Assembly: GCA_002104905.1 (NCBI GenBank)
Contig: MCFE01000216.1
Location: 62,348-126,347 of the forward strand
DNA length: 64,000 bases
Direction of reading: 5' to 3'
From: Basidiobolus meristosporus CBS 931.73
Taxonomy: Eukaryota > Fungi > Basidiobolomycota
Shown: positions 9,610 to 23,430 of the stretch, piece after piece
How the letters are laid out: each line of letters opens with the position of its first letter
How positions within the stretch are numbered: position 1 is the first letter of the stretch
Program-made: the position numbers and the translations under genes
Notes under the pieces: model-generated
Told to the model about the DNA's origin: nothing
Seen by the model: the letters and a program-made list of their open reading frames with translations, nothing else
The model's database searches: none

Positions 9610-11595
9610 AATAGTTGGATAAATATTGTATTAGACTGTTTTTCCTACCTATTTTTGGCTTGAAGATGAATCAGTGACATATAAACATTGCTACTAATCA
9701 TTTATATCTCATGAATCTTCATTAGTCAAATGTGTGCAAATTTGGAATTAGCAAAAATACCATCACTGAATGACCATTACGGGTTCTAATATTTAGATCT
9801 ATAAAATTCTATCACGAGTATACCTGTGGTATTTCTGCTCAATCAATCTACAAATGATAGCACTTTCGTCCAAGCGCATAAAATTACCCCCAAGCCCCTG
9901 CTACTGCTTTCTTGACCAATTCCAAAGTTAGAACCTTTCTAAATGAATATTAGCTTGCAATAGGAGCTTCAATGTTCGATTTTGGCCAACTCTGAATTTT
10001 CGATCAGTGGATAGGGTATACAAACCAGAAGGATATCAATGGGACATGTGGCAATTAACTAGCTAAAACAGTGTATATTGAATGCGTGTAAAGCTGATTG
10101 TACTTATCGATCTGGATTTGAAGAATTACGTTCTAGAGTATAAGTAATCCGTATCACACATCTCAAAAGTGAATTTAGAAGAAAATCTGGAGGCTTGAAT
10201 GTCAGTGGAACCATGTGTAGAATGCATAATGTTCACTAGAGGATTTATTAAATGAAAACAGTGAAACTTGTAAGTGCGCCATGGACAATTTGGGAAAGCT
10301 TATGGGCTTTGGGACGACTGAAACTTTATTGCGAATGTGTTGAAGAGAAAGAGGTATCAATTACTATGCTGCGGAAGAAATTCTTGATAATCAATCGAAT
10401 TCGAAATCATGCTACACAGGCAGTTAAGCATAAGACTATCTGCAACTTGTTGCTATGCTCCAGATCCCGATGAGCAAGAATAATAAATTTCTATCTACGT
10501 ATATTCAAAGAACAAGATAATATTGTGTGATAAGCCTAACCATGATTGCTATGTTTGAGCGACATATCACATATTTAAGCAAAGTCTGGTTTCTATTGTT
10601 GATCGAATACATTTCTAAGCTTGGTTTCATTTGACTACTCTTATTTGGAAATAGTTACACTTGCCAAGCAGAGCTGGTGAAAGAGCTTCCACTGAAAATG
10701 GATCTACTGAGAGTATAAGTCAGAAGGGGTAAAACAGAATTAAAAATGCCTACGCGACAAAAAGGACCGATGGTGCCCACTTAAACGAGGGGATTGGGAT
10801 ATAAGGAGTGCTATTTGCGTCTCAAATCATGGGAAACTTTATTATAAACTTCTGACGTAATTGTGAGACAATGAGTTACTCGCTGATTTCCAACCAGATA
10901 GTACTTTTGCAGTGTTTATGGTAAGAGCTACTGTAATGAGTCATCCATACAGAACACATGCAACAGAGACGTAAACAAGATCATGTGGAGTGGTGCTAGT
11001 AGTTAGGAGAGCAGTAGTTAGTCAGTGCAGCTACATGAGGGAAAATTGTTATATACCAGGCAGATCGGCGGAGTATGGAGAGATTCCAAATCTATTCTAA
11101 ATATGGGTTGACTTTTTATGTGAGCCCACAGCAAAGCCTATACCCAGATTCTACATAACTTCGTCAAAGCCCTGGCTAGTATTTCACGGTAAATACGCAA
11201 ATTTTGAAACATTTGCTTGATTGTGCCGAATAGGTGGTATGTTCGTAGATGCCAACGATGTAATCGAAAATCAATCACTATACTATATTTGTAAATAAAT
11301 AGCAGTCAAGTTATATTTACCCGTGTATAATTGGATTGAAGGTAAATGATTGTGATATTCAGTATATAAGCCATGAAATATCCGATGATTGGGGCTGGTC
11401 GCATACTTTCCACACGATTAGGCACAGTTGCATACACATACCATCTTTCCAATTTCTCTACTTCATAGCCCTTTACCACAAACAACACTTGTTTTCCTTC
11501 TTCTCCGCAGGTTGGTTGCGATTGTCTTTTCTTGTTGGCATATACCTGTACTACCAGGCACTTGATACAAGCACCTCCTTCATGCAAATAACTAA

Positions 11596-14500
11596 ATGAC
11601 TACTCTTGACGATGCTAAAAACTATTCACCCACTTTGGTTGGAATTGCTACCCAATTTGGTTTGACAACGGCCCTTTCGTGCGCCAGTTTTGTCGCTTTT
11701 GAATGCCAAAGACGTTGGAGTCTCACACAGCATCTCTACAACACCCGTTGTCGCCTAGAAAGGTATTCAGCAAATTATATCGGGTTTTCAGCATTGTTTG
11801 CCTTTCTTAGCTTTGGTTTTTCAGAAACGCGTCTCCGGAACCACCCAAAACCCCATTCGCCTGGATAGGCACGGTATTATCCTTCAAGGAGTCGTTTTTC
11901 TTAACCCATGTAGGGTTAGATTGTGTCATATACCTGCGTTTTCTGAAAATGGCATTTCAATTGCTGCTGTTCAGCTCGTTGACAATAGCTACGATTCTAA
12001 TGCCACTCAATTTCTTTGCGCAAGAAACGGTTCTGATCGACGTAGAGAAAGTCTCGATCGGAAACATTCCCAATGGATCAAGTATGCTTTGGATTCATTG
12101 GATGCTGATCTATTTCTTCTCGCTTTCGGTCTTGTACCTACTTCACAGAAACACAAAAGACTACATCAAGCTTCGAATGAAGTACATTCAAAAACAAGCA
12201 TTGAAGGGTTCGGTTCGCACAAGGACGGTCATAGTCACTCATGTTCCTGATACGTTGAAGCACGAGGAAAGATTAAGAACGTACTTCAGTGACTTGGGTG
12301 TTGGCCCGGTTGAATCAGTCACTCTGATTCGCTTGACCACAAAAATATCACGAAAACTCAAACGGCGAGAGGTGATCCTACGGGATCTCGAACTGGCACA
12401 CATCCAGCTGCTACGAAAGCTACTAGCCGATGTGAGGAAGAACGGAATCAAGGCCCTATGTCCTGATGTTGATGAAGAAAATCCACCGGAGGAAATCATC
12501 AAGGCATTGCAAATACTATCGAGCTACACACAAAAAAATCCCGGCAGTAGTGGGAATCAGCAACTACCGCTCGACGACCAGACGCCAATATGGGATGTTC
12601 TCAATAGGATTGATCGTCAGCTACTTGATAAATATCAGCCTATACATAAAACAGGCTTTCTGAGAACCGGAATCAAGGTAGTCACTATTGACTGTTTGTT
12701 GGAGAAATTTAACCGACTAGACCGTCGGATAGCCGAATTACGACAAGTCGCTGCAAACGCGCATTATTACAAGCCGATGGGAACTGCCTTCATCACCTTC
12801 AAAAGTCAGAGGGCTGCCCAGCTCTGTGCCCAGAGTATAACCAGCCCCAATCCTCATCAATGCATCACCAAGCTAGCTCCTGAGCCACGCGACATTTTAT
12901 GGGAAAACCATTCGCGCAGCAACAAAAACAAGTTCATTCGTCAAGTCATCGTGAATGCTAGTATCTGGTATTCATCACTTTCCATTCTCACAAAAAAAGC
13001 GGCATGGATACTTACCTATACACCTCCTCCCCCGGAAATAGGGCTCTTACAATCCTCTGGCTATTTCCTTCAACCTACTTTCTGAGCCTGGCTTCATACG
13101 AAAAGCTATCGGAGAAGGTGCCTTACTTGGTGAACCTGTCAAAGAGCGCGCCATGGGTGATATCACTTATCAAGACCGTTCTACCTTCCATATTGACATC
13201 AACTTTCATGGTGGCCATGCCGAACATCTTCCTAGGTATGTTTCCCGAATCCTTAGATCCCTAGAAGCTTACTCACTGACATGATCTACAGGAATATCCT
13301 ATCAGCAATGCTATGTGTCTTATTCGGAGCTAGAGATTGCTACCATCAATCGATACTATAGATTTGTAATCTTCAATGTTCTCTTCGTTTTCCTCTTGGG
13401 TCCAGCATTTATCGACATAATCATCGGTGTCATCCAAGCACCAACACACATAACAAGTGTATTGGCGGTGAACTTACCAAAGGTTTGTGCACTCCACCTC
13501 GGCCATCAAGATGGGTTTTGTCACTAACAGCACATGAATCCATAGGGCGCAGCTTTCTTCATCAACTACGTAATATTACAGACATCCTCACATGGGTTAG
13601 AAATATTGCAGATCGGTGTTCCACTCTTCTATACATATCTATTTGGTAATCGGTTTGTGGTGAAAACCCCTAGAGATCTTCAAAATAGTCAAAAGCCATA
13701 TCCATTCCCTTATTACTACTACTTGCCGACGCACATCCTCATACTCGTTATATGTATCACATACTCCATGATCAACCCATTGATTCTGGTGTTTGGGGTG
13801 ATTTACTACGGAATCGCTATTGTGGTGTATCGGTACCAGTTTGCGTATGCTTACATCAAGCAGTACGAGACCAATGGACAATACTGGCGATATATGTTTC
13901 GATATGTCTCCGATGGCCTGATCATCTTCCAGCTTGCAATGATCGGTTTGTTGGCACTGAAGGATGCGGTGACTGCCAGTCTTGCGTTGTTACCCCTGTT
14001 GGTTGGAACTGTATATTTCAAAATCTACCACCGCCAGACCTTCCGAGCACTAATGAAGTACGTTCCTCTGGAATCTCTCAAGGATCATACCAGCTCTCCC
14101 GACGTTATTTCTCCACCCAATTCAAAACATGCCGAAAGCCAGTGTATGGACGACTCTCACGAATGGACTACAAGTGAATCCAGTCAGGAGAATTTTGGCA
14201 TCACCCTACCTGAGATTCAACCAACCGCTTTCAAGGAGACAAGGCTTGATAACCATAAGAGGGCCTGCAGTTCTGAAACACCTTCGCTTGTATTAACTTC
14301 ACCTACCTTCGACTCTACTGAGGACAACAATATCCCACAAGATCATCCACAAAGTAACGAAATTCCTGAGCCGACGGTAGAAGCTTTGGAAAGATCCCGA
14401 CCTGTGGGCTCAAGCTATCCACATTCAGGGACAGAAGGTGGTGAACAACGGCCTGTCCCTTACCGGCATCGATTTCAAAAGATCCAAAACCAGATATTTT

Positions 14501-15114
14501 CCAATCCTCTTCTTACTCTCTTTTTCAACCCATTTGCAAACACGGCACATATTCTTCCCGACTCGGATCAAGTGGTGCCAAATCCCATCCAACCTAGCCG
14601 TGAGCTATATCAGGATGAATCCTGTACGTTTGAGGCCTATATTCATCCCGACTTTATTCGCGCATTACCAGGGAAGATGTGGCTTCCGGTCAACCCTAAA
14701 GTCAAGCGATTCGATCTGGACAACGGTGTGCTTGAACATGAGGAGTGTGTTACTTCTTCACTTTTCCCGGTCAACGAATCTTCATTGATCTGCTATCGAG
14801 GCAGATCGGGAAAGAACGCACGCAAATCCGAAAATGTTGAGAATACGAATGCGCATATAAACGTTACTTACGACAAAGAGCATCGGCAACTTGTGTATGC
14901 CCCCGACCCCAACGCTACTGGAAGCGATTCTGGCTCAACCTATCAACGACGAGGTACCGTTCGTGGTGCCGGAGGTTCTTTCTTGAATCTACTGAGTGGA
15001 GCTTTTCGTGGCCTAGGGAGCTCTGAAGATGGAGAACCCCGGCCTCAATTATCTCCACATTTACCTAGCCAGAGCACTCGAAGATCTTCAGTATCAAGTG
15101 GGCGGAGCACTTGA
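11596..15114 (+). CDS. OSCA/CSC1 (TMEM63, DUF221) calcium-permeable stress-gated channel, multi-exon
   Basis: N-terminal TM then YNTRCRL; RTVIVTHVP; TAFITFKSQ..AQLCAQ; LAPEPRDILWEN; FFINYVILQ; NPLILVFGVIYY..VYRYQFAY.Y...YETNG..W. These are typical Rsn1/Csc1 motifs. Confidence 0.9.
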
Positions 15115-15525
15115 ACATTCATCGAGCCTGGAATAGACATGCATTATATAATGTGGATAATAAGCTCACCCTACTGATAGGATGAGGGCCAAATGGATTA
15201 TCAACGTTTCATTTAGATAGGATATCAAGAAGTACTCTGTACCAATACCCCACTCGAAAACATTGAGAATAATAGAATCAGTTCAGCAAGGTTTTGATGA
15301 ACAACCCCGTTTCCTATCCCTCCACGAGAGTATATATTCCGCGTCGCTTTCTTGTAATAAATTTGCTGCTCACTTTGCTTCAGAGCAATCACGAAAAAGA
15401 GAAATACAAATCAAACACATGAGAATTTATTTGCAGTAGTAAATCCCATGCATGTGGTATTTGGTGAATTAGTGAACTATGGACAAACTTCAGGTGATAT
15501 ATCTGGGAAGGGAACAGCAAACGAT

Positions 15526-17035
15526 TCACTTTAGGAAGACCACTGTAACTGTAATATCATCTCTAAAACGTCTTGAATAAGGGGCAGGGATAGTTAGTAA
15601 TTTAGCAACTCTATTTTCATCCTTCCCGCCTAATGCGCTTCGAATCAGATGGGTGGCCACGTTGGAGTCTTTCACTGAACTATCTTCACCGATCTGTGGA
15701 CCACTGCTAGAGGAGCTCTGATGATGACTCAAGTATTCTCCAACATAATTGACTACCTCATCATTAGTTAACTCGTCCCACAGACCATCAGTGGCCAACA
15801 CCAAGAATTCGTCGCCCTCTGCGATCTGATGGTGCATGATTTCTGGCTTTGCAGTTACATAAGGCGGACTAAGGTAGTTCCTTGGTGGGCCGCGCACGTT
15901 TGGAAGCAATGTGCTCTGGATCAACGCTTGGACTTTGATATCCCATTTATACCGGGAGTCGCCTAAAGATGCCTATTAAGTAAAATGCGCACGATCTGTC
16001 ATTACGATTAGTACTCACCAAAAGCACGGGTAGGAGCTGCGATGAATGGAAAATGACATTAATTCAGTGGCTTGCCAAAATTCTACTTGTGATATTAAAA
16101 TTACCTAGCGATCCCAAAATGCGGTTTCTGACCAAGACGGTCTCTTCTTCGCCGGGATGTTCTTGCAACATTCGTTGTCTTTCCTTTTCGTTCTTGGCCG
16201 TCTGATCAATACTCAGTGGCACAGCTTCAAATGTGCCGCTGGCACTCCTCCTTCCTAACAAAGCTCGGCTGTCGCCAGTACACGCTACATGTATCTCCCC
16301 ATTCTCGGTATCCAAACAAGCCACCAATGCGCAGGATCCAGACAAGGCTTCAGGCAAGTATCTTGCAACGGCCTTCTCAGGGTCTTGTACCATCTTCTCC
16401 AAAGCCCCCTTGACGATTTCCTCATCTAATTGGACAAACGTTTTATCTATCGCCTCGTTCACTTTTTCTTCCGTGGCTTTTGCGCGTAGTAACGGGAACA
16501 AAGAATCCTTCAGGCGGGGTAGAAGCTCTCTTGACAAACGATTGGAACACTGAGGCCCTGAGTGTCCATCGAACACACCCAAGAGAAAGTATTTCTGATC
16601 CTCCGATATGACTTCCTGGTGATGATCTTCAATTGGGTCGTTGGAGGCCAGTTGGTTGATCTCGATTTGGGAAATATGCTTCTTTCCTGGAAAGCTGAAC
16701 GCCGTCTCATTGTTACGTAACCTCTTATCAACAGCAGTCTTTGACAGCAGTCCGGAAGGGGTTGAATCATTTTCCAGCTGAGAGGTTGGGGTCGGCCCAT
16801 CTTTTATGACAACCACACGTTTGTTGGGTGTGGTATACTTTAGATAAGTATAGGTTCCAAAACTTCCAAATAAACTCCAGCCGAGGGCGTACTTTAACCA
16901 GTGACTTGAAGCGTTCAGGACGCCACGGGTACTACTTACGGAACGCTGCTGAACATGGAGTGCAAAACGTGTACGCTCAGTCGAGAGTATGGGTTTTACG
17001 TGCTTTAACGTAGAAGGAAACTTTGAGCGTATCAT
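15526..17035 (-). CDS. PTC5: Mitochondrial PP2C-family pyruvate dehydrogenase phosphatase (Ptc5/PDP-like), spliced
   Basis: Basic targeting-like N-terminus; QLASNDPIEDH, GVFDGHSG, ACTGDSRALLG, LVLATDGLWD, NVATHLIRSALG, FRDDITVTV. Confidence 0.88.
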
Positions 17036-17375
17036 TTCCAATAAGTTGGAATCTGTACGTCAACCAAAGATTATATAGGCATGAACTCCTGGATCGATCA
17101 ATCCACATTCGAATTTGGCATCAGCCGTGATGTTGCTTAGTTTGGCACAACCTCTCCAATTAATCCACAATGCTCATACCTTAACCCCATCCACCGATGA
17201 AATTCGCTGGATTGTACAAATCGAGGGTAACCCCCCCCCGTTTCTGCCTAAAATTCACTTGGGAAATCAATGAATGAAATTCAGCAAAAATTTTGAATTT
17301 GGAGAAACCTTTTTGTGTTGGCTCGACAACTGCGTACATTGAATCGCTCGAGTTCACCGGTTACCTTTTATCAAT

Positions 17376-19333
17376 ATGGCATCTACTTTTCGTTTGGTCG
17401 CACGAAACTCAGTTTCTGTTAAGCAAGCTGCTGGCTTCTTGACTCCTCGAGTCCAGATCCCCCGACTGTTGCCTGGCATGAATAATGCCACTTATGTCAC
17501 AGCCACCTCGGTTCTTGCTGCTAAGAAAAGTACGTTGGAGTTATCCCCGAAAACTCTTGTTCGCCGCGCCTTTCTAACACCCCCTCGCCTGCTTTGCTTG
17601 TAGTTGCCGCCCCTGCCAAAAAGAAGGCGTCCAGTTTCACCAAAAAGGGAAGAGGACCTGCGGTTGAGGTAAGGGCGACTCCCATTTCACTGTTTTCTGG
17701 GAGCGTTTGTCCTTAGAGTTTGGCCTATTTTAGAAAGAGGCTGTTTCCTCCTCTACCGGTAAACGTAATGAACTTTACTACAAGCCTTCCAAGGAAGTGA
17801 ACCTCAAGGAATTCCCCGTAAGCGCGAAATATTCTACTTTCCACTAGACTGCCGGCTAATTAGAGATATCCACCTTGCACTAGGACAAAGCGCTTGATAG
17901 TTGTGTTGGAAAGGTGTTCGCCTTGCCCGCCAAAGTAGTTGAGAAGTTGAGCGCCATCGGTTACCCTAACTATCTCGGGGCCGAGGTAGGTTTACGTGTG
18001 TTACTAGCTTCAGGAAGCGGGTTCTAACCGAAAACTTCATTAGTTCGAGTCGGCAAATCGTCAGGCTTTGCTTTACCGCAAGGACACAAAAGAGCTGTTC
18101 ACTCTGCTTGACGAGTCCGCCGAGCAACCTAGCCAGCCTATCATCCTTTGTATGCTTAGTTTCTTTATGGTGGAGTGTTTTTGTATGACATAGGCTTACC
18201 CCACTTTTGACAGCTGGTGAAAAGGGAGTCGGTAAGAGCGCACTTTTACTCCAAGCTGTTGCACGAAGCATCAGCTCCGGTTGGATTGTTCTATATGTAC
18301 CTGCCGGTTCGTTGTGATTCAGGATATTCTCCACCCCACCCGCGCCATTACTAACGAGTCTCCCTAGCAACTGAGTGGGTTAACGGAAGCAAGCCTTTTG
18401 CCAAGGTCGAGGATGGGAAATTTACCCAGACCGCTTTCACTTCATCCATCCTCGGACAAATCAAAGACACCAACTCTAGTATCTTGGCCGAGGTAAACAT
18501 CATTGATTGCGGGGGTAACGACGAGGTTGAGAACTCACCACGGACACTTCAATCATAGATTCCTTTGAAAAAGGCGATCAACATCGAAAACCACCAAGTT
18601 GCGGAAGGGGCCAATCTAGTCGAGTTGTTGGAGGTCGGTATCAAAGACCAGCAGGTTTCTCAGCAGGTCTTGGATGCTTTCCTAAACGAAATCCAGAGCA
18701 ACAAGACGTATGTGACTTCTATATGCCATTGATCCTTTAGCTTAACACTAATCGCTGCAACAACCAGCACCCCTACCCTCATCGCCGTGGATGAGATCAA
18801 TGCATTCTATACCCTAGCCGACTACAATGATGTCAATGGACGTCTCTTGCCTGCCCAACACTTGATGCTTGTCAAGTCTTTCTTGAACTTCTTCTCTCAA
18901 CGCAAGACCTTGGTAAGCTCGTCGGAAGTCAACCATCCTCCAGACATAGTGGACTCAACGTGGTTTTCTTTAGGCAAACGGAGTGGTCCTCGGTGCCACC
19001 TCTAAAACGTTCTCCAGATTCCAGAGCCCAGCCTTGGAAGCCGCCCTTGCCGAAGGAAAATCCCCCATGAATACACCCTTGCGAAACGTGGAGGTCAAGA
19101 CCTACACCAAGCCCGAAGCCAAGGGCTTACTACAATACTACAAGGATGCTGACATCATGTTCGAAGGTACTTTCCTCCACTGACCTCACCCTGTCCGCCA
19201 ACCATTTCAACTAAACCAAACCAAACCCCATCCCCCCTGTGTAGATGCTACGGAAGATCAGCTAAACCTCAAGTACACCACCACCAACGGCAACGGCCAG
19301 AAACTTTATCAAGCATGCAGACGCTTGGTGTAG
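17376..19333 (+). CDS. RSM23: Mitochondrial small ribosomal subunit protein mS29 (DAP3/Rsm23), multi-exon
   Basis: Targeting-like N-terminus; hand-spliced exons give ALLYRKDT, P-loop GEKGVGKSALLLQAVA...WIVLYVP, EWVNGS, LIAVDEINAFY, YTKPEAKGLLQYY and TNGNGQKLY; stop TAG at 19331-19333. Confidence 0.82.
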
Positions 19334-19553
19334 GCGCCATGCCCACTGAATATACATTTCAATCTTCATTCCATGCTCCATTTTTCCATCGACTTTTATG
19401 TGTTTTTTCAATACTAAGAGATCCAAGTACATTAAATGGGAAGAAATCCAATCCAATCCATTCCAAGCAAGCAAATCTAAAGATAGAATAAATAATACTT
19501 CATCGTTCTAACCATGCCCACGCCCACGCCCACACCCACTCCGCCTTGCCTTC

Positions 19554-20606
19554 TCACGAATGTCCCGATGCCCTGCGTAGGTAGCAAAGCAGCCCCATGG
19601 CACCGGTGATCAGCCACGTGGGGCGGATGGAGTGGCCAGCGGAGTTGGGCGGGAGTGCAGAAGCGCTGCACAAATTTTCGGTGTCTTCCTCCCCGGTCAC
19701 CACGCTTTTGTATGCATTCAGGGTGAGTGGAGCGGTCAGGTTCAAGTTACCGGTTTTTAGAAGATCCATTAGGTCGGATACCCGGTCAGCGGAGGCAGGC
19801 CAAACATTGTTGGGAAAGCAGCAGAGCAGCTTCCGCCGATTGGTCAGGAACCTTTGCAACCACAGGGGCTCGTTTTGATCGGCCAGCGGGCCGGTCAGGT
19901 TGATGAGCGAGAGCAGACTGGTTCCGTCGTCGAACTGCCAGCCGTGCTGCACCGCAGTGTCGTAGAAGATGGCCTTGCCCAGGTTGGTTTTGATGCCCAC
20001 GTCAGAGGCTATTTTCATCGAGGGAAGGAAGAACAAATAGTCGGCCATCTCGTCCTGCACCGTGCGGAAGAGTATCTGGCAGGAGTCCTTCTGCCAAATC
20101 TCCGGGAATCCCTTCAGCTTACTGATGTCCCCCCGTGGCACGCTACAGTCATTCGAGGTGGCGAGACGTTGTAGCTCCGGGATGTATTGGAACAACTCCG
20201 ACTTCCCACCCCGCGACCGGTATTCCTCGATCACGGTCAAAGCGTTGCTCGTGCCGGTGGAAAAGCCGACACTGCCACAGGTGTATCCTCTCCCATCCCC
20301 AATGTTCTCACAGAAAGCGTAATTAATGATTTTGGTGGCATGCTCGAACACGTTCGTCAGGGTCAGCATGACCTTTTTTATGTCACTGGGTGGGTTGTAG
20401 GTTGCAGAAAGGTTTTGGGGGTTGGGTGGGATCTTGGGTGAGCAAAGGGCTTGGGACACTACCGGGAATCTAAACTGGCCACAATTGTTGGGAGTGATAT
20501 CAAACTCGTTCTGACAGTACAAAAAGCTCACTAAGGGGTTGATGTCTTGCCCAAGACAGCAGGTGAATGACAGGAGGATGACGAACGTCTTGGATTTGCC
20601 ACACAT
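19554..20606 (-). CDS. GH46 chitosanase with signal peptide and hydrophobic C-terminal segment (350 aa, intronless)
   Basis: LTNVFEH...YAFCENIGDGRGYTCGSVGFSTGT carries the GH46 catalytic Glu, Asp and Thr; YDTAVQHG and FL..RR follow. Confidence 0.88.
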   Translation of the reverse strand: MCGKSKTFVILLSFTCCLGQDINPLVSFLYCQNEFDITPNNCGQFRFPVVSQALCSPKIPPNPQNLSATYNPPSDIKKVMLTLTNVFEHATKIINYAFCENIGDGRGYTCGSVGFSTGTSNALTVIEEYRSRGGKSELFQYIPELQRLATSNDCSVPRGDISKLKGFPEIWQKDSCQILFRTVQDEMADYLFFLPSMKIASDVGIKTNLGKAIFYDTAVQHGWQFDDGTSLLSLINLTGPLADQNEPLWLQRFLTNRRKLLCCFPNNVWPASADRVSDLMDLLKTGNLNLTAPLTLNAYKSVVTGEEDTENLCSASALPPNSAGHSIRPTWLITGAMGLLCYLRRASGHS

Positions 20607-21139
20607 AGTGAGTGGGTTGATTCTGTCGAACGGAGGGTGTCAGTGTGTGTGTTTGGAAACGAATCTTTGCAAGGTTCCAGGGAACAGTGGGCAACTTTAT
20701 ACTCGGTTGGGACGCATGCAACGTGGGTATTATCCCGTTCGTAGAAATGAATATTAAGTTTGTCGGGTGTAATGTATGGTACGCATAAGCAACCCGCCCG
20801 ATGGAGGTTCCTGCGATTTTTCCTTTCTGAGGATATTCAACGAAATCCCACTCATCACCCATCATCCCGCTTCGCTCTGATCGCGCGCCTACGTTGGATG
20901 AAATCCGCACTGTTCGGATCATGCATGCTACGTTGGTTGGAATCCGCTCCCCTCCCCTTTCAGCAGTTTGCAGTAACTGATCATGGCTTGTGTGGTATCG
21001 GAGATTTGTTTGTGAATGGGATGCATTTGTTGCACTTATATCCCATTTGGACGATCGTTGCTTCAATTCACTTTATTCATTGATCGGAAGGTTTACCATC
21101 TATAATACATTGCATGCTACTATGCCCGCTGTTGAATGG

Positions 21140-22181
21140 CTAACGGAACATTCTCATATAAGCTGTGACCGCGCACGGGAAATCAAGTTAGAAGAGGGTC
21201 GCAACGACGGTGGGTAGTGAGTGGCTTACCAAGAATTAGCGCTCCGGTACCGGTGATTGTACCTGGAATGATGAGCATGAGCATGAGCATTTTCAATTAG
21301 GCAGATGGTGTGATAGCGAAAGGCTTACCAATCATGTACTGCAGAATTTGGAACTTGATGGACTCCATCTGGGTTCGTAAGTTCGATATCTCCGCCTCCA
21401 GCTTGGTATCGGTCTCTTTGATCTTCACCTCCTGAACGCTGGCTTCATCCCGGATCCTTCCCTTCTCAAGGGAAAGGTCCAAACGAACACCGGCCTGGGT
21501 TCTGGCGATTTCGTCTCTAAGCTTGTGCTTGAGTTTCTCGATTTCAGCCAGCAACCGCTCGTTGTCTGCCTTCATCACTGCGAAGTCGTTCTTTTCCAGC
21601 ATCTGTATCTCGGACTTGAGCTGAGCAAAATCCACCTTGTATGTGTGGATGTTCTAGGTGAAAAGAGGGATGCATCAACGACTGGTGCTTTGTTTAACGT
21701 ATTGACGTTTGGCCCAAATTTACCTTCTCCTGTTCTGCTTTGGTGACCATGTTGTCCACTAGGTTTTGCATGCTGTGCATAGATGTTAGTTTCCCCCTTG
21801 GCCACGGTATTCTTAAATGACAATAAACCTTTCGGAAATAACATCTGCTAAGGAGATCAGGATCGCCTCTGATTGCTGTCTAGTAAATCCCTCAGCCTCG
21901 AGTCTAGTGACGAATTTGTTGGTATCAAAATGATATTGAGTATAAAGTCGAGGGTGGGTTGGGTCCAGCAGGCTTTGAATTGGCGAAGGGGCAAGGATTC
22001 TTGGGGACACTGCGAAACAGAAAGATGTTCAGAAAGTGTGGAAGGAACTTTCGGCACCCCTCACCCACCAACTCTTACCAAGGGTACGGCATATGGGTGG
22101 CATGGCTCTGGTCGCTTCCCTCGGGAGGATTCCTCCCCTGAGAAGGATTCTTGCGGTTGGACGCACTACGGAGGTCAGCAT
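21140..22181 (-). CDS. FMP32: Mitochondrial CCDC90/MCUR1/Fmp32 (DUF1640) protein, spliced
   Basis: Targeting peptide MLTSVVRPTARILLRGG; HFDTNKFVTRLEAEGFTRQQSEAI; DFAQLKSEIQMLEKNDF; RLDLSLEKGRIRD; C-terminal TM GTITGTGALILAYMRMFR. Confidence 0.88.
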
Positions 22182-22639
22182 ATTTGGAGGAATGGCTATG
22201 ACAAGGTAAACACCCGCTGCTTCGGCAGCGGGAACACCACTACTATAAGGAGGGTGGCTTTAGGTGAGAAAATTTAGGATCCACTTGATTGCGGAATTTT
22301 GTTGGTTAAAATGTTATGGAATACAGCCCACGGCCTAACCGCCTGAATAAGGATCCTATCACACTGGGGAAAATGCGGTTGATACGCCATACCATCATGC
22401 CACCACACAGCCCACCCCAACCCCACCCGACGCAAAAGATACAGGAGTGAATACTGTTATAATGAATGGTTCATTTTAAGGTGCTCTTTCAATTGGTTGA
22501 AACCCGTACACATGAATAAACTCATCAATTTTTATAGGGGAAAAGTATGAGTGAAAGAAGTATTGCAATGTTTAACTTGTGGGGTGAAGGGTAATAAGAG
22601 GACATGCTGTTATGAGGGAAGGTACAAGCTTCGCTCGAT

Positions 22640-23430
22640 TTAGATGGAATCGGTAAGCAACTTGTTTAACTTGGCAACCTTGGAGGAAACAGACATATCG
22701 ATGGTCTTGTCACCGAATTCAATCACAAGTCCACCGAGAATGGTGGGGTTGACCTTGTTTTGAACGGTGAGTTTCTTGCTGCCGGCAAGAGATCCCTTGG
22801 TGAGGGAGTCTTGGAGTTGCTTCAATTGAGCAGGCTTGAGGGACTTGGCAGAGGTGACAGTCACCAAAACCTCACCACGGTGGGCCATCATGAGAGAGTT
22901 GAAGGAGTTGATGATCTTGGAGGTCTCGTTGAGACGTCCGTTTTCAGCAAGAACGGTGAAGAGGTTCTTGGTGATGTCGGAGACCTTTTGGTCGCCAAGA
23001 AGCATATCAATACCGGCTCTCTTTTGCTCGCGCTTGAGGGTAGGGTTCTCAAGGAAGAATTGAACCTTCTCGCTCTTGTCGATGACTTGCTTGAGCTTGG
23101 TCAATTCACTTTCGACGGCATCAAGTTGGTTCTTCTTGGCAGCGGCGGTGAAAAGAGCGGTGGCGTAACGACCGTCAAGACCGAAGAGGGTAAGAGGGAC
23201 CTACAAGAAGGCGTGGTGTGAGCAGTCCGCTTCCAAGTTCAACCAACATCCGAGCACATGCTGAGGTTACCTTAATGTTTTGTGCGGTGGCAAAGGTGCG
23301 AACAGAGCGCTTTGGGTGGCAAGAACAATAGAGGAGGATTAGTCAATCTGCAGCTGACACAACCATGCAGTAGAACGCATAATAATAATAATAATACCAT
23401 AGGGGTGACGGCAACTCTAGCGAAGTTCAT
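22640..23430 (-). CDS. ATP5: Mitochondrial ATP synthase OSCP/delta subunit, spliced
   Basis: VPLTLFGLDGRYATALF; LAENGRL; VTVTSAK; VNPTILGGLVIEFGDKTIDMSVSSKVAKLNKLL. Confidence 0.95.

Noticed and set aside
23378-23396. (TAA)n tract and other short simple repeats (19516-19540, 21277-21291, 31597-31630, 46921-46940)
   Set aside because: Ordinary intronic or intergenic microsatellites.
15526-23430. Run of mitochondrial genes (PTC5, RSM23, FMP32, ATP5)
   Set aside because: Different processes, interrupted by a chitosanase, and no shared motif found; chance adjacency is sufficient.
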